From NCBI GenBank assembly GCA_964568775.1, contig CAZMQW010000004.1, forward strand, positions 164-64,163: DNA of 64,000 nucleotides, written 5' to 3'. Both the position numbers and the translations under genes were made by a program. This document shows positions 7,708-16,579 of this stretch, piece after piece. Position 1 is the first letter of the stretch; the number at the start of each line of letters is the position of its first letter. The notes beneath the pieces are model-generated. The model did not search any database and was not told the DNA's origin. It saw nothing but the letters and a program-made list of their open reading frames with translations. Source of the DNA: an uncultured Candidatus Saccharibacteria bacterium (GTDB lineage Bacteria > Patescibacteriota > Minisyncoccia > Minisyncoccales > MHMH01).

Positions 7708-8975
7708 AAATCCACTTTATCGGCATCGGCGGCATCGGCGTTTCCGCTTTAGCCCAATATTATCTGGCCAAAGGTCACCGGGTGAGCGGGTCTGATTTGG
7801 CGTCTTCGGAAATAATTCAATCTTTGAAAAAGAAAGGCGTTAAGATTTCTCTCGGCCAGCATAAAAGGAAAAATCTGCCCCGAGGTACAGATTTGGTTAT
7901 TTACAGCCCGGCCGTAAAAGGGGATAATCCCGAACTGTTGCCCGGAGCCAAATCTTATCCTCAGGCCCTGGGCGAGTTGACCAAAGAATATTTCACTGTG
8001 GCTGTTTCTGGCACCCACGGCAAAAGTACGACTGCGGCCATGATAGGCTTGATAATGGTTAAAGCCGGCCTTGACCCGACCGTGATTGTCGGCACAAAAG
8101 TCAAGGAATTCAACGACAGCAACTGCCGGGTGGGAAAAGGTAAATATTTGGTGATTGAGGCGGACGAGCATTTTGCTTCTTTTTTGAATTACTGGCCGAA
8201 TGTAATCGTTTTGACTAATATTGAAGAAGACCATCTGGACTATTACAAGAATCTTAAGAATGTTTTGAAAACTTACCGGGAATACCTGGGGCATTTGCCC
8301 GAGGACGGCGTTCTGATCGTTAACAAGGACGATAAAAACAGCCGCAGTCTGATTAAATCAGTCTCAGCTTCAACCAAATATTTTTCAACCAGGCAAAAAG
8401 AAGCAAACAAGTTAAAGAGAATACTTAAAGTGTCCGGGGGATACAACGTGGCCAATGCTTTGGCAGCTTTGACCTTAGTCCGTGTTTTGAAAGTTCCGGA
8501 CCGAAAAAGCTTTAAAGCCCTTTCAGATTACAGGGGTGCTTGGCGCCGGTTTGAAATAAGACAAAAGGGTCAATTGACTGTTGTGAGCGATTACGGCCAT
8601 CATCCGACTGAGATCAAAGCCGCTTTGAAAGCGGCCAGGGAAAAATGGCCGGATCGGGAAATCTGGTGCGTTTTTCAGCCGCACCAGTACCAGAGAACCC
8701 ATTATCTGTTTAAGGATTTCGTCAAAGTATTTTCTCGAACTCCGGTCAACAAAGTTTTTATTACTGATATTTACGACGTGGCCGGCCGGGAGAACAAAAC
8801 GATTAAAAAAAAGGTTAGTTCGGAAAAATTGGTTGGAGCCGTCAAAAAGCCCGAGGTCAGCTATTTGGCTAAAAACAAGATTATTGATTATCTCAAAAAC
8901 AATCTCTGGGGCAGGGAAGTGGTCATTTTTATGGGAGCGGGGGACATATACGAGGTTGACAAAACATTCAATTAA
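7686..8975 (+). CDS. murC: UDP-N-acetylmuramate--L-alanine ligase
   Basis: IHFIGIGGIGVSALAQYYLAKGHRVSGSD, the P-loop VSGTHGKSTT, and DYGHHPTEI. Confidence 0.9.
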   Translation: MSAQKKLKIHFIGIGGIGVSALAQYYLAKGHRVSGSDLASSEIIQSLKKKGVKISLGQHKRKNLPRGTDLVIYSPAVKGDNPELLPGAKSYPQALGELTKEYFTVAVSGTHGKSTTAAMIGLIMVKAGLDPTVIVGTKVKEFNDSNCRVGKGKYLVIEADEHFASFLNYWPNVIVLTNIEEDHLDYYKNLKNVLKTYREYLGHLPEDGVLIVNKDDKNSRSLIKSVSASTKYFSTRQKEANKLKRILKVSGGYNVANALAALTLVRVLKVPDRKSFKALSDYRGAWRRFEIRQKGQLTVVSDYGHHPTEIKAALKAAREKWPDREIWCVFQPHQYQRTHYLFKDFVKVFSRTPVNKVFITDIYDVAGRENKTIKKKVSSEKLVGAVKKPEVSYLAKNKIIDYLKNNLWGREVVIFMGAGDIYEVDKTFN

Positions 8976-9034
8976 AAAGACAATAAAGCAAGAGGCCAAA
9001 GGTCGATTCTTATACCAACCAAAAATACTTTACT

Positions 9035-9199
9035 ATGGATTTCTCGACTATCATTTTAATAATTGCCGCTGTTGTGCTGGTTGCTTTGGCTGTTTTCCTT
9101 TCGACCAGAAAGAAGGGCCCCCGCTTGCCGCAAAAACCAATGGGACCGGCTACGCCGCCTTCTTCGCCGCCTCCACCGCCAGCCACACCGTCAGCTTAG
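9035..9199 (+). CDS. possible small membrane protein with a Pro-rich tail (54 aa, below the track cutoff)
   Basis: Hand translation gives MDFSTIILIIAAVVLVALAVFLSTRKKGPRLPQKPMGPATPPSSPPPPPATPSA. It is in a different frame from track ORFs 8833 and 9063. Confidence 0.4.
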   Translation: MDFSTIILIIAAVVLVALAVFLSTRKKGPRLPQKPMGPATPPSSPPPPPATPSA

Positions 9200-9268
9200 T
9201 TCAGTTTTACTGATATTGTATTTAAGGGTTTGTCATTATGGCAGCCCTTTTATATAATATAGAAAGGT

Positions 9269-9712
9269 ATGAAAACCAGCCATAAAACTTTAGAATTCCA
9301 AACCAAAAAAGAATTTGACTTTATTGACTTGACCCAGGAGGTGGAAGAATTCGTCGGCCAGAGCCAGATTAAAAACGGCTTGGTTAACGTTCAGACCCTG
9401 CACACCACCGCCCCTTTATTTTTAAACGAGAACGAACCCATGCTGCTGGAGGATTTCCGAGAGCACCTGTCCAGGCTTTTCCCCAAGAACTTAAATTACC
9501 ACCACAATGATTTCAGCCGCCGCACAGTCAACATGCACGAGGATGAATGCCGCAACGCCCACTCCCACTGTCAGGCTTTGCATCTGCCCTCCAACCTGAG
9601 TTTGAATATTATTGACGGCCGAATGCAGTTGGGCCAGTGGCAGAGGATTTTTCTGGTTGAGTTAGACCAGGCCAAACTGAGAAAAATTCAACTGCAAATA
9701 ATCGGAGAATAA
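9269..9712 (+). CDS. YjbQ/UPF0047 family protein (secondary thiamine-phosphate synthase-like)
   Basis: VNVQTLHTTAPLFLNENEP...D..E and a C-terminal GxWQRIFLVELD motif, typical of the family. Confidence 0.75.
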   Translation: MKTSHKTLEFQTKKEFDFIDLTQEVEEFVGQSQIKNGLVNVQTLHTTAPLFLNENEPMLLEDFREHLSRLFPKNLNYHHNDFSRRTVNMHEDECRNAHSHCQALHLPSNLSLNIIDGRMQLGQWQRIFLVELDQAKLRKIQLQIIGE

Positions 9713-9713
9713 A

Positions 9714-11093
9714 ATGAAAAGGATTTTAACTATTGAAACAACCAAATATGTCGGGGAAAAGGTTAAGCTTTTCGGCTGGGTCAATACTCGGCGGGACCAC
9801 GGTCAGATAATTTTCATTGATTTAAGAGACAGGGCCGGATTGGTCCAGATTGTTTTCCCGGCCAAAACCGCCCACTCAATCAGGCCGGAGTGGGTGATTG
9901 CTGTTGAAGGAAAAGTCAAAGCCAGGCCTACAGGCATGCAGAATCCCAAAATGGCTACGGGCAAGATTGAGGTTGCAGCTGAAAAACTGGAAGTTCTCTC
10001 GAAAGCCAAAACCCTGCCTTTCAGTATTGATACTCCAGGTTATGAAATATCAGAGGAAAAACGTTTACAATACCGCTATTTGGATTTACGCCGAGCCAGG
10101 CTAAAGAAAAACTTGGCTGTCCGGCACCAGGTTATTCAGTTTATCAGGGACTTTTTAGCCAAAGAAGAATTCTGTGAAATCGAAACTCCGATTTTGACCA
10201 AATCAACGCCCGAGGGAGCTCGGGATTTTTTAGTACCTTCCCGCTTGCAGCCGGGCAAGTTTTACGCTCTGCCCCAAAGCCCCCAGCAGTACAAACAGAT
10301 GCTGCAGGTGGCCGGCTACGAGAGATACTTCCAAATTGCCAGATGTTTAAGGGACGAAGATCCCCGGGCTGACCGGCAGGCCGAACACACGCAGCTGGAT
10401 TTGGAAATGAGTTTTGTTGACCAGGAAGATATTCTAAGTTTAACTGAAAACTTGTATGCTCAGATGGTCAAGAAGCTTTTCCCTGGCAAGAAAATAACCA
10501 AAACTCCTTTTCCCCGGATCAGCTACGCCGAAGCCATGAAAAAATACCGGACCGACAAACCTGACCTGAGAAAAAATAAAAAGAATGCTGACGAACTGGC
10601 TTTTTGTTTTGTGGTTGATTTTCCCATGTTTGAATGGCACAAGGAAGAAAAAAAATGGGGGGCTGTGCATCATCCTTTCACCCGACCACAGACGACTGAA
10701 ATCAATAAGATTAAGAAGCAGCCAGAAAAAGTTTTGGCTCACCAGTACGACTTTGTTTTGAACGGTGCCGAAATCGGCGGTGGAAGCTTGCGGACAATTG
10801 ATTTAGCTGTTTTAACCGCTGTTTTTGAGGTTTTGGGCCACAAAAAACAAGACATTAAGAAAAATTTCAAACAATATTTCGAAGCTTTCACTTATGGAGT
10901 ACCGCCTCACGGTGGCATTGCCCCGGGGATTGACCGGTTTTTGGCCGTGGCTTTGGGCGAACCCAACATTAGGGAAGTGATTGCTTTTCCCAAGACCGGG
11001 GACAATCGGGATTTAATGATGGATGTGCCTTCTGAAGTTTCTCCCCGACAATTAAAAGAGCTTCATTTGAAAACAACCAAAAAGAAGCAATGA
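9714..11093 (+). CDS. aspS: aspartate--tRNA ligase, bacterial-type sequence but without the large insertion (GAD) domain
   Basis: FYALPQSPQQYKQMLQVAGYERYFQIARCLRDEDPRADRQAEHTQLDLEMSF, and motif 3 GGIAPGIDRFLAVALG. It is only 459 aa, and DKPDLR runs almost directly into VVDFPMFEW. Confidence 0.9.
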   Translation: MKRILTIETTKYVGEKVKLFGWVNTRRDHGQIIFIDLRDRAGLVQIVFPAKTAHSIRPEWVIAVEGKVKARPTGMQNPKMATGKIEVAAEKLEVLSKAKTLPFSIDTPGYEISEEKRLQYRYLDLRRARLKKNLAVRHQVIQFIRDFLAKEEFCEIETPILTKSTPEGARDFLVPSRLQPGKFYALPQSPQQYKQMLQVAGYERYFQIARCLRDEDPRADRQAEHTQLDLEMSFVDQEDILSLTENLYAQMVKKLFPGKKITKTPFPRISYAEAMKKYRTDKPDLRKNKKNADELAFCFVVDFPMFEWHKEEKKWGAVHHPFTRPQTTEINKIKKQPEKVLAHQYDFVLNGAEIGGGSLRTIDLAVLTAVFEVLGHKKQDIKKNFKQYFEAFTYGVPPHGGIAPGIDRFLAVALGEPNIREVIAFPKTGDNRDLMMDVPSEVSPRQLKELHLKTTKKKQ

Positions 11094-12049
11094 TTAGAAT
11101 TATCAAGCTAGTTTTACCCCTCCTGGTTTTGGGTCTGCTTGGCTGGTGGGGGATTAATAATTTACAACCGAAAGTTTTTGATTTTTTTTACCAAAGGGAG
11201 CTGATCCACAATCCCAAGATACTGAGCGCCCAGGCCAACCAGACAGCGTTTGAAGAAAGAACTAAAGTGTTGAAGCCCTTGCGCGACCAGAGAACAGCTG
11301 ATTTGAATATTGCGGCCCGCTCAGCCGTTTCTTTTCTGGTTAAGGATTCGGGCCAGGAAATGATGCTTTTTCAAAAACAGATTGACAAACCCCTGCCCAT
11401 TGCCAGTTTGACTAAGTTAATGACCGCTCTGGTTGTTTTAAAAAACTACGACCTTGGCAGAAATATTACAGTTTCCCAGGAAGCGGTTCAGCAGGAAGAA
11501 GACTTGGGCCGGTTGACGGTTGGTCAGACTCTTTCGGTGGAAACCTTGCTCTATCCTTTGCTTATGGAATCGAGTAATGACGCAGCTTTCAGCCTGGCCA
11601 ACGATTATCCGGATATGGATCAGACTAAGTTTGTCGGGCTAATGAACTCTCAAGCGCAAAAACTGGGCATGTCTGATACTTATTTTAGCAATGAAAGCGG
11701 GCTTGATTCGGAGAACTCGGAACCGAGCAATTATTCCACGGCCCGCGACCTGGTTGTTCTGGTCCAGGCTTTACTGGATGAACCTTTAATCTGGCAGATT
11801 CTGGGTACAGCCAAAATAAATCTGTACGGGGTTGAACTGATCAGCACCAACCAGCTTTTAGAAGAGATGCCTCATGTTATCGGCGGCAAGACCGGCTATA
11901 CCGAAGAGGCCCTGGGTTGCTTTCTTCTGGTTCTCAAGCCCTTTATGGGCCACCAGTATGCGGTCAACGTGATTTTAGGCACTGGCAACGGCCGCTTTAC
12001 TGAAATGGCCAAGCTGGTTGACTGGAATAAAAAAGCCTATCAATGGTAA
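11090..12049 (+). CDS. D-alanyl-D-alanine carboxypeptidase (serine type, PBP5/6-like)
   Basis: SxxK (ASLTKLM), SxN (SSND) and KTG (GKTGYT) motifs in the expected order, with an N-terminal signal/anchor. Confidence 0.8.
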   Translation: MIRIIKLVLPLLVLGLLGWWGINNLQPKVFDFFYQRELIHNPKILSAQANQTAFEERTKVLKPLRDQRTADLNIAARSAVSFLVKDSGQEMMLFQKQIDKPLPIASLTKLMTALVVLKNYDLGRNITVSQEAVQQEEDLGRLTVGQTLSVETLLYPLLMESSNDAAFSLANDYPDMDQTKFVGLMNSQAQKLGMSDTYFSNESGLDSENSEPSNYSTARDLVVLVQALLDEPLIWQILGTAKINLYGVELISTNQLLEEMPHVIGGKTGYTEEALGCFLLVLKPFMGHQYAVNVILGTGNGRFTEMAKLVDWNKKAYQW

Positions 12050-12053
12050 ATTT

Positions 12054-13127
12054 ATGCTTTACTTTCCCGAAGCAGCTACCGACGTGATCAAAACATTCTT
12101 TCTGGGAACTGTCAGCTTTCTCATAGCTTTCTGGTTCACGCCTTTTCTGACCAGGATCCTTTACAAGTACAAACTCTGGCGCAAGACTGTCCGAACCAAG
12201 TCAATCGATAACAAGGAACTAACTTACTTCCAGAAGTTTCATTCCGAGGGAGAAACCAATATCCCCAGGTTCGGGGGCGTTTTAATCTGGCTCGCTCCAG
12301 TTTTTATCGCCGGTCTCTTTTATATTTTACACAAAGCTGACACCGGCGTCTGGTGGCTGGAAAAACTGACCTTTTTGAGCCGGGACCAGACCTGGCTGCC
12401 TTTTTTCGCCCTGATTACGGGCGCTTTCGTCGGGCTGATGGACGATTTCCTGCAGATAAGAGGCAAAGGCAGATATATTTCGGGAGGCCTGGGTTTGAAG
12501 CAGAGACTTGTTTTGATGGGGTTGATCGGCATTGCGGGTGCTTGGTGGTTTTACTACAAACTTGGCTGGTCAACTCTGCATGTGCCGGGCATGGGCGATT
12601 TGGAAATCGGCATCTGGTACATTCCTTTGTTCGTTATCGTAATGATGGCAACTTATTCTGGCGGGGTGATTGACGGGCTGGACGGTTTATCGGGAGGAGC
12701 GTTTGCCTCCATCTTCGGAGCTTACGCTGGCATTGCTCTGTTTTTAGGCCAGATTAACCTGGCTGCTTTCTGTACGGTTGTTCTGGGAGCTTTGCTGGCT
12801 TTCTTGTGGTTTAATATTCCGCCGGCCCGCTTCTATATGGGCGAGACCGGGATGATGGGGCTCTGCGCTGCTTTGACCGTGGTTGCTTTTATGACTGATT
12901 CGGTTCTGCTTTTGCCGATCATCGGAATTCTGCTGGTGATAGAGTCAGGCTCGGTTATTCTGCAGTTGCTATCCAAGAAGTTGCGCCATAAAAAAATATT
13001 CCTGGCTGCTCCCATCCATCATCATTTTGAAGCCAAAGGTTGGCCTCCTTACAAGGTAACAATGAGGTTTTGGGTTATTGGGGCGGTAGCGGCCATTATC
13101 GGTATTACTATAAGGTTATTAGGTTGA
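12054..13127 (+). CDS. mraY: phospho-N-acetylmuramoyl-pentapeptide transferase
   Basis: Polytopic membrane protein with GLMDDFLQIRGK, DGLDGLSGG and APIHHHFE motifs. I chose the start at ATG 12054, after the upstream stop. Confidence 0.9.
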   Translation: MLYFPEAATDVIKTFFLGTVSFLIAFWFTPFLTRILYKYKLWRKTVRTKSIDNKELTYFQKFHSEGETNIPRFGGVLIWLAPVFIAGLFYILHKADTGVWWLEKLTFLSRDQTWLPFFALITGAFVGLMDDFLQIRGKGRYISGGLGLKQRLVLMGLIGIAGAWWFYYKLGWSTLHVPGMGDLEIGIWYIPLFVIVMMATYSGGVIDGLDGLSGGAFASIFGAYAGIALFLGQINLAAFCTVVLGALLAFLWFNIPPARFYMGETGMMGLCAALTVVAFMTDSVLLLPIIGILLVIESGSVILQLLSKKLRHKKIFLAAPIHHHFEAKGWPPYKVTMRFWVIGAVAAIIGITIRLLG

Positions 13128-13185
13128 GTTTGAGTCTCTGCGCCCCTGCGGTTAAAATCCAAACAATCACTCAATAGGTGGGGGA

Positions 13186-13213
13186 CTTGACAAATTTTAG
13201 CAAGGGTGTACAA
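13186..13213 (+). promoter_or_regulatory. near-consensus promoter with extended -10
   Basis: TTGACA (13186-13191), 16-nt spacer, TGTACAAT (TACAAT at 13208-13213). Confidence 0.55.
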
Positions 13214-13219
13214 TGTGAA

Positions 13220-13369
13220 GATAGAAGGGTGGTTCGTCACAGTGACTCAAGGTATGTATGTCCTTAACGTAACAGGCCTCTCTACCTAGTAGAGAGACGC
13301 TCTCCATGAGAGAGTGATAGTATGGACAGAAGTATCTTGAATAGTGGCATTACAACCACCCCTTTTTTT
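13220..13369 (+). ncRNA. candidate ~150-nt structured small RNA of unknown class
   Basis: No credible ORF. The ends pair (GGGTGGTT near 13223-13230 with AACCACCC near 13354-13361), followed by T7 at 13363-13369. Internal hairpins include CTCTCTAC/GTAGAGAG and CTCTC/GAGAG. Confidence 0.4.
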
Positions 13370-13487
13370 ACTTAAAATATCACTAGAATTAGGCTCAAAG
13401 GGTTAAATCTGGCATACAAACATATCTCTCCAATCTTTCAAACACAGTTCTAATGTCGTCCACGAGCCCATGCGGATTAAATTTAAA

Positions 13488-13524
13488 GAATCGCCAAGTA
13501 GGCGGTTTTTTGGTAGAATAGAGT
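13488..13524 (+). promoter_or_regulatory. hairpin + T6 + extended -10 module, copy 2
   Basis: Identical to copy 1 at 32 of 34 nt, with both differences in the hairpin loop. TAGAAT is at 13514-13519 and the ATG at 13527, 7 nt later. Confidence 0.5.
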
Positions 13525-13526
13525 AT

Positions 13527-14783
13527 ATGAAAAAGTTAAGCTTTTTAAGGAAAAGGCATCCTCGGTTCATCTACCAAGATTACTATTACAAGATTGTCAA
13601 CGATAATCTGCGGATTTGTTTCAAGTTCAAGATTGAACCGAATATCCGCTTCAAACCGGAAATCATTATCAGGAACGTTTCCGCATCAAGGCTGAAGAAG
13701 ATAGGGGAGAGGGCTTTAAACAATTTCGTCTTCCATTTGGGTCTGATAGAGATGTTAAGCTATTGGAAAGCCACCTGTTCACCGGAAATACTGGTCAGAG
13801 CCGGCTATTTGAACAAGGAGCAGATTAAATGGTGGCACGATTTGATAGTCAAAGGAATGGGCCAGTTCTTCTACGAGAATAAAATAGACTGGCGGCCAGC
13901 TGGCTTTTTAAAAATAACCAGCAATCCCAAGATTGAGGTTAAAAGTACCGAAGCCAGTAAGCTTGAGTTTAAAGACAGGTATTTGGTACCAATTGGCGGG
14001 GGCAAGGACTCAATTGTTACGTTGGAGCGCTTGAAAAGCCGAAAGGAATCTTTAAATTGTTTCTTGCTCAATCCCATTCAGGCAGCTAAGAGAATAACCA
14101 GGCTGGCCGGCGTTAGAAAGCCTGTTGTCGTTGAAAGAAAGATTGATCCGGTCTTGTTAAGGTTGAATAAACAAAGCTATCTTAACGGCCACACGCCCTT
14201 CACTGCTCTGCTTTCCTTTTTAAGCGTTTTCTGCGCCGTACTTTTTGACTACGAACACGTTGCTTTTTCCAATGAAAAGTCAGCTGACGAGGGCAATGTC
14301 AGATATCGGGGCAAAGTAATCAACCACCAGTACTCAAAAAGTTCGGAGTTTGAAAATAAATTCAAAGCTTATTGCAAAAAATATCTGGCCAGAAACATTC
14401 ATTATTTCAGCTTTTTGAGAAGATACAGCGAACTTCAAATCTCCCGGCTGTTTGCCAAATACCCCAAGTATTTTATTGCTTTCAGCAGCTGCAACGTGGC
14501 TGCCAAAACAAAGAAGAAATGGTGCGGCCAATGCCCCAAATGCCTTTTCGTTTACGCTGCTTTGTATCCTTATCTTGATAAAAAACAGCTTTTGAAGATA
14601 TTCGGTAAAGATCTTTTTGTCGATAAAAAACTGCTGCCTGTTTTGAAAAGTCTGATAGGGCAGGGGAGACATAAGCCGTTTGAGTGCGTCGGTACTTACC
14701 AGGAGAGCCGGCAAGCTTTAAAATTGAGCCTTAAAAAAGCAAAGCAATCAGGTAAAGTACCTTATTTGTTGACAAAATTATAA
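13527..14783 (+). CDS. PP-loop ATPase-like protein; candidate MurL-type UDP-MurNAc-L-Ala-L-Glu epimerase
   Basis: PP-loop-like LVPIGGGKDS and C-terminal CGQCPKCLF. The gene sits between mraY and murD. The MurL assignment rests on context plus the known ATP dependence of MurL, so it is inference. I chose the start at MKKLSF. Confidence 0.5.
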   Translation: MKKLSFLRKRHPRFIYQDYYYKIVNDNLRICFKFKIEPNIRFKPEIIIRNVSASRLKKIGERALNNFVFHLGLIEMLSYWKATCSPEILVRAGYLNKEQIKWWHDLIVKGMGQFFYENKIDWRPAGFLKITSNPKIEVKSTEASKLEFKDRYLVPIGGGKDSIVTLERLKSRKESLNCFLLNPIQAAKRITRLAGVRKPVVVERKIDPVLLRLNKQSYLNGHTPFTALLSFLSVFCAVLFDYEHVAFSNEKSADEGNVRYRGKVINHQYSKSSEFENKFKAYCKKYLARNIHYFSFLRRYSELQISRLFAKYPKYFIAFSSCNVAAKTKKKWCGQCPKCLFVYAALYPYLDKKQLLKIFGKDLFVDKKLLPVLKSLIGQGRHKPFECVGTYQESRQALKLSLKKAKQSGKVPYLLTKL

Positions 14784-14820
14784 TAGTATTTTAACAATTT
14801 ATTAAAAGGAGGCTAGGTCG

Positions 14821-15267
14821 ATGAACGAACAGAAAACAAACAAGAATTGTCGCCAGAAAATAGTTCTGGCAGCTCTTTACCTTTTTTCTCAAAACAAGAA
14901 CAAAAAAGCAGACAGCCCGCATGGTCGAGATAAAGAAGTCAGCTGGCCTGAAATTGCCGAATGCGTAAAGGAATTCCAGAAAAAGTTCCCCTTGGGATAT
15001 GAATTCTCCGATGAGCTTCTTGTCTGCCAAGACTTGATAGAAGACTTAAAAGACCTATGGCTAGATAAAAATTATATCAGAATGTGGACTAATGAGCCCA
15101 GGGGTGTTCCGCTTTTCCCCACGAACTTCGTTGCTTTAAAGCCAGAGGGCGCAAATTATATTAAAAGAGAAGTATTACTGTCTTTCGAAATGATAGAAGC
15201 GCTGAACAAGGCTATCGAGTTGGCAATTGAAAGATATAAAAAAACCTGGGGACCATATAGTCGTTGA
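14821..15267 (+). CDS. hypothetical protein (148 aa) inserted in the mur cluster
   Basis: Strong SD (aaaaGGAGGctaggtcgATG) and its own terminator. No family recognised. Confidence 0.6.
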   Translation: MNEQKTNKNCRQKIVLAALYLFSQNKNKKADSPHGRDKEVSWPEIAECVKEFQKKFPLGYEFSDELLVCQDLIEDLKDLWLDKNYIRMWTNEPRGVPLFPTNFVALKPEGANYIKREVLLSFEMIEALNKAIELAIERYKKTWGPYSR

Positions 15268-15270
15268 TAG

Positions 15271-15297
15271 GAGGCAGGAAAATTCCTGCCTTTTTTA
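15271..15297 (+). terminator. intrinsic terminator
   Basis: GGCAGGAA (15273-15280) pairs with TTCCTGCC (15283-15290), followed by T6. Confidence 0.75.
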
Positions 15298-15336
15298 TTT
15301 TAAAAAAGCCTGAATTTATGCTATTTTAAAAATAGC

Positions 15337-16575
15337 ATGCTGGAAGAATTCAAAGATAAGAAAATACTAATTTTGGGTTTTGGCCGGGAAGGCCAGGACA
15401 ATTTTTTGTTTTTGAGAAGGCTGTTTCCTAAAAAGACCTTGGGCGTTGCCGACAGATTAAAAATTAGGGGGCGCTGGCGAAAGGTTAAAAACGCGGAGTT
15501 CCATTGTGGCGAAAGTTACCTGACTTCTCTCAAAGATTACAAGGTGATTATTAAGTCTCCGGGAATTCCTTTTAAAATCATTACTCCTTTTTTAACCAAG
15601 AAACAAATAGTGACAACGCAAACAGAAATATTCCTGAAAAACTGTCCCGGTCAAGTTGTCGGCGTAACCGGCACCAAAGGGAAAAGCACCACCGCTACCT
15701 TGATCCACGAAATTCTCAAAAAAGGAGGCGTTAAATCCCAACTGGTCGGTAATATCGGCCGGCCCTCTCTTTCTTTATTATTTCAGGCTAAACCCCAATC
15801 GGTCTATGTTTACGAACTGTCTTCCCATCAGCTGTACAATCTTAAAAAAAGTCCTCAAATTGCCGTTCTTTTGAATATTTACCCCGAACATTTAGATTAT
15901 TACCGCAGTTTCAGTGAATATGTCATGACTAAAGCCAATATCACCAAATACCAGACAAAAAAGGATTATCTTGTTTTTAATTCCCGGGATCCTTTGGTCA
16001 GCAAAATAGCCCGGCAGTCAAAAGCCAAAAAGATTCCAGTTCAAGGAAAGTATTATAATCTGGACAAACAAGCAGCCAGAAGAGTAGGGGAGATATTCAA
16101 GATTTCTCCTCAGATTATTTCAAAGGCTATTGCAGAATTCAAGTTTTTGCCTCACCGTTTGGAATTTGTCGGTAAGTTCAGAGGAGTTGAATTTTACAAC
16201 GATTCTTTGTCAACCATTCCCCAAACAACCATGGAAGCTTTGGATCATTTGGGCGATAGGGTGCATACCTTGATTCTGGGCGGGTATGACAGGGGATTGG
16301 ATTTCAAGAAATTAGGACAAAGAATCAATAAAAGCAAAATAAAAACTCTGATTCTTTTCCCCAACACCGGTCAGCGCATCCTGGCTCAAGTTAAATCCCG
16401 CTCCATCAAGCACTTTTTTGTCAGCAACATGAAAAAAGCAATTGAAATAGCTTATCAACAGACCGCCAAAGGCAAAATCTGCCTGTTGTCGCCAGCTTCG
16501 CCCAGCTTCGGCTTGTTCCGAGATTACGAAGAGAGAGGCAATTTATTTAAAAAGTTCGTTAAAATGTTAAAATAG
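15337..16575 (+). CDS. murD: UDP-N-acetylmuramoylalanine--glutamate ligase (MurD family; D-Glu versus L-Glu specificity not decidable)
   Basis: GVTGTKGKSTTATLIHEIL, Mur ligase middle and C-terminal domains, and a SPASPSFGLF.DYEERG tail. Confidence 0.9.
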   Translation: MLEEFKDKKILILGFGREGQDNFLFLRRLFPKKTLGVADRLKIRGRWRKVKNAEFHCGESYLTSLKDYKVIIKSPGIPFKIITPFLTKKQIVTTQTEIFLKNCPGQVVGVTGTKGKSTTATLIHEILKKGGVKSQLVGNIGRPSLSLLFQAKPQSVYVYELSSHQLYNLKKSPQIAVLLNIYPEHLDYYRSFSEYVMTKANITKYQTKKDYLVFNSRDPLVSKIARQSKAKKIPVQGKYYNLDKQAARRVGEIFKISPQIISKAIAEFKFLPHRLEFVGKFRGVEFYNDSLSTIPQTTMEALDHLGDRVHTLILGGYDRGLDFKKLGQRINKSKIKTLILFPNTGQRILAQVKSRSIKHFFVSNMKKAIEIAYQQTAKGKICLLSPASPSFGLFRDYEERGNLFKKFVKMLK

Positions 16576-16579
16576 AACA

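Noticed and set aside
7749-8999. Minus-strand track ORFs 7749..8294, 8273..8455 and 8523..8999
   Set aside because: They lie entirely inside murC, whose identity is secure, and they have no recognisable motifs.
8833-9257. Track ORFs 8833..9213 and 9063..9257
   Set aside because: The first overlaps the end of murC and continues as Cys/Phe-rich nonsense. The second is an Arg/Leu-rich off-frame product. The third frame gives a plausible TM + Pro-rich 54-aa protein (9035..9199), which I preferred at low confidence.
13220-13369. Candidate sRNA tested by eye against SRP RNA, RNase P RNA, tmRNA and 6S RNA
   Set aside because: There is no GGAAGCAGCC-type SRP helix-8 motif, no RNase P P4 sequences, and no tag ORF or tRNA-like ends. 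It is kept only as an RNA of unknown class.
13470-13526. 19-aa N-terminal extension of the PP-loop gene (MRIKFKESPSRRFFGRIEY)
   Set aside because: It would be translated across the conserved hairpin/T6/-10 cassette. The ATG at 13527 sits 7 nt after TAGAAT, exactly as at pcm.
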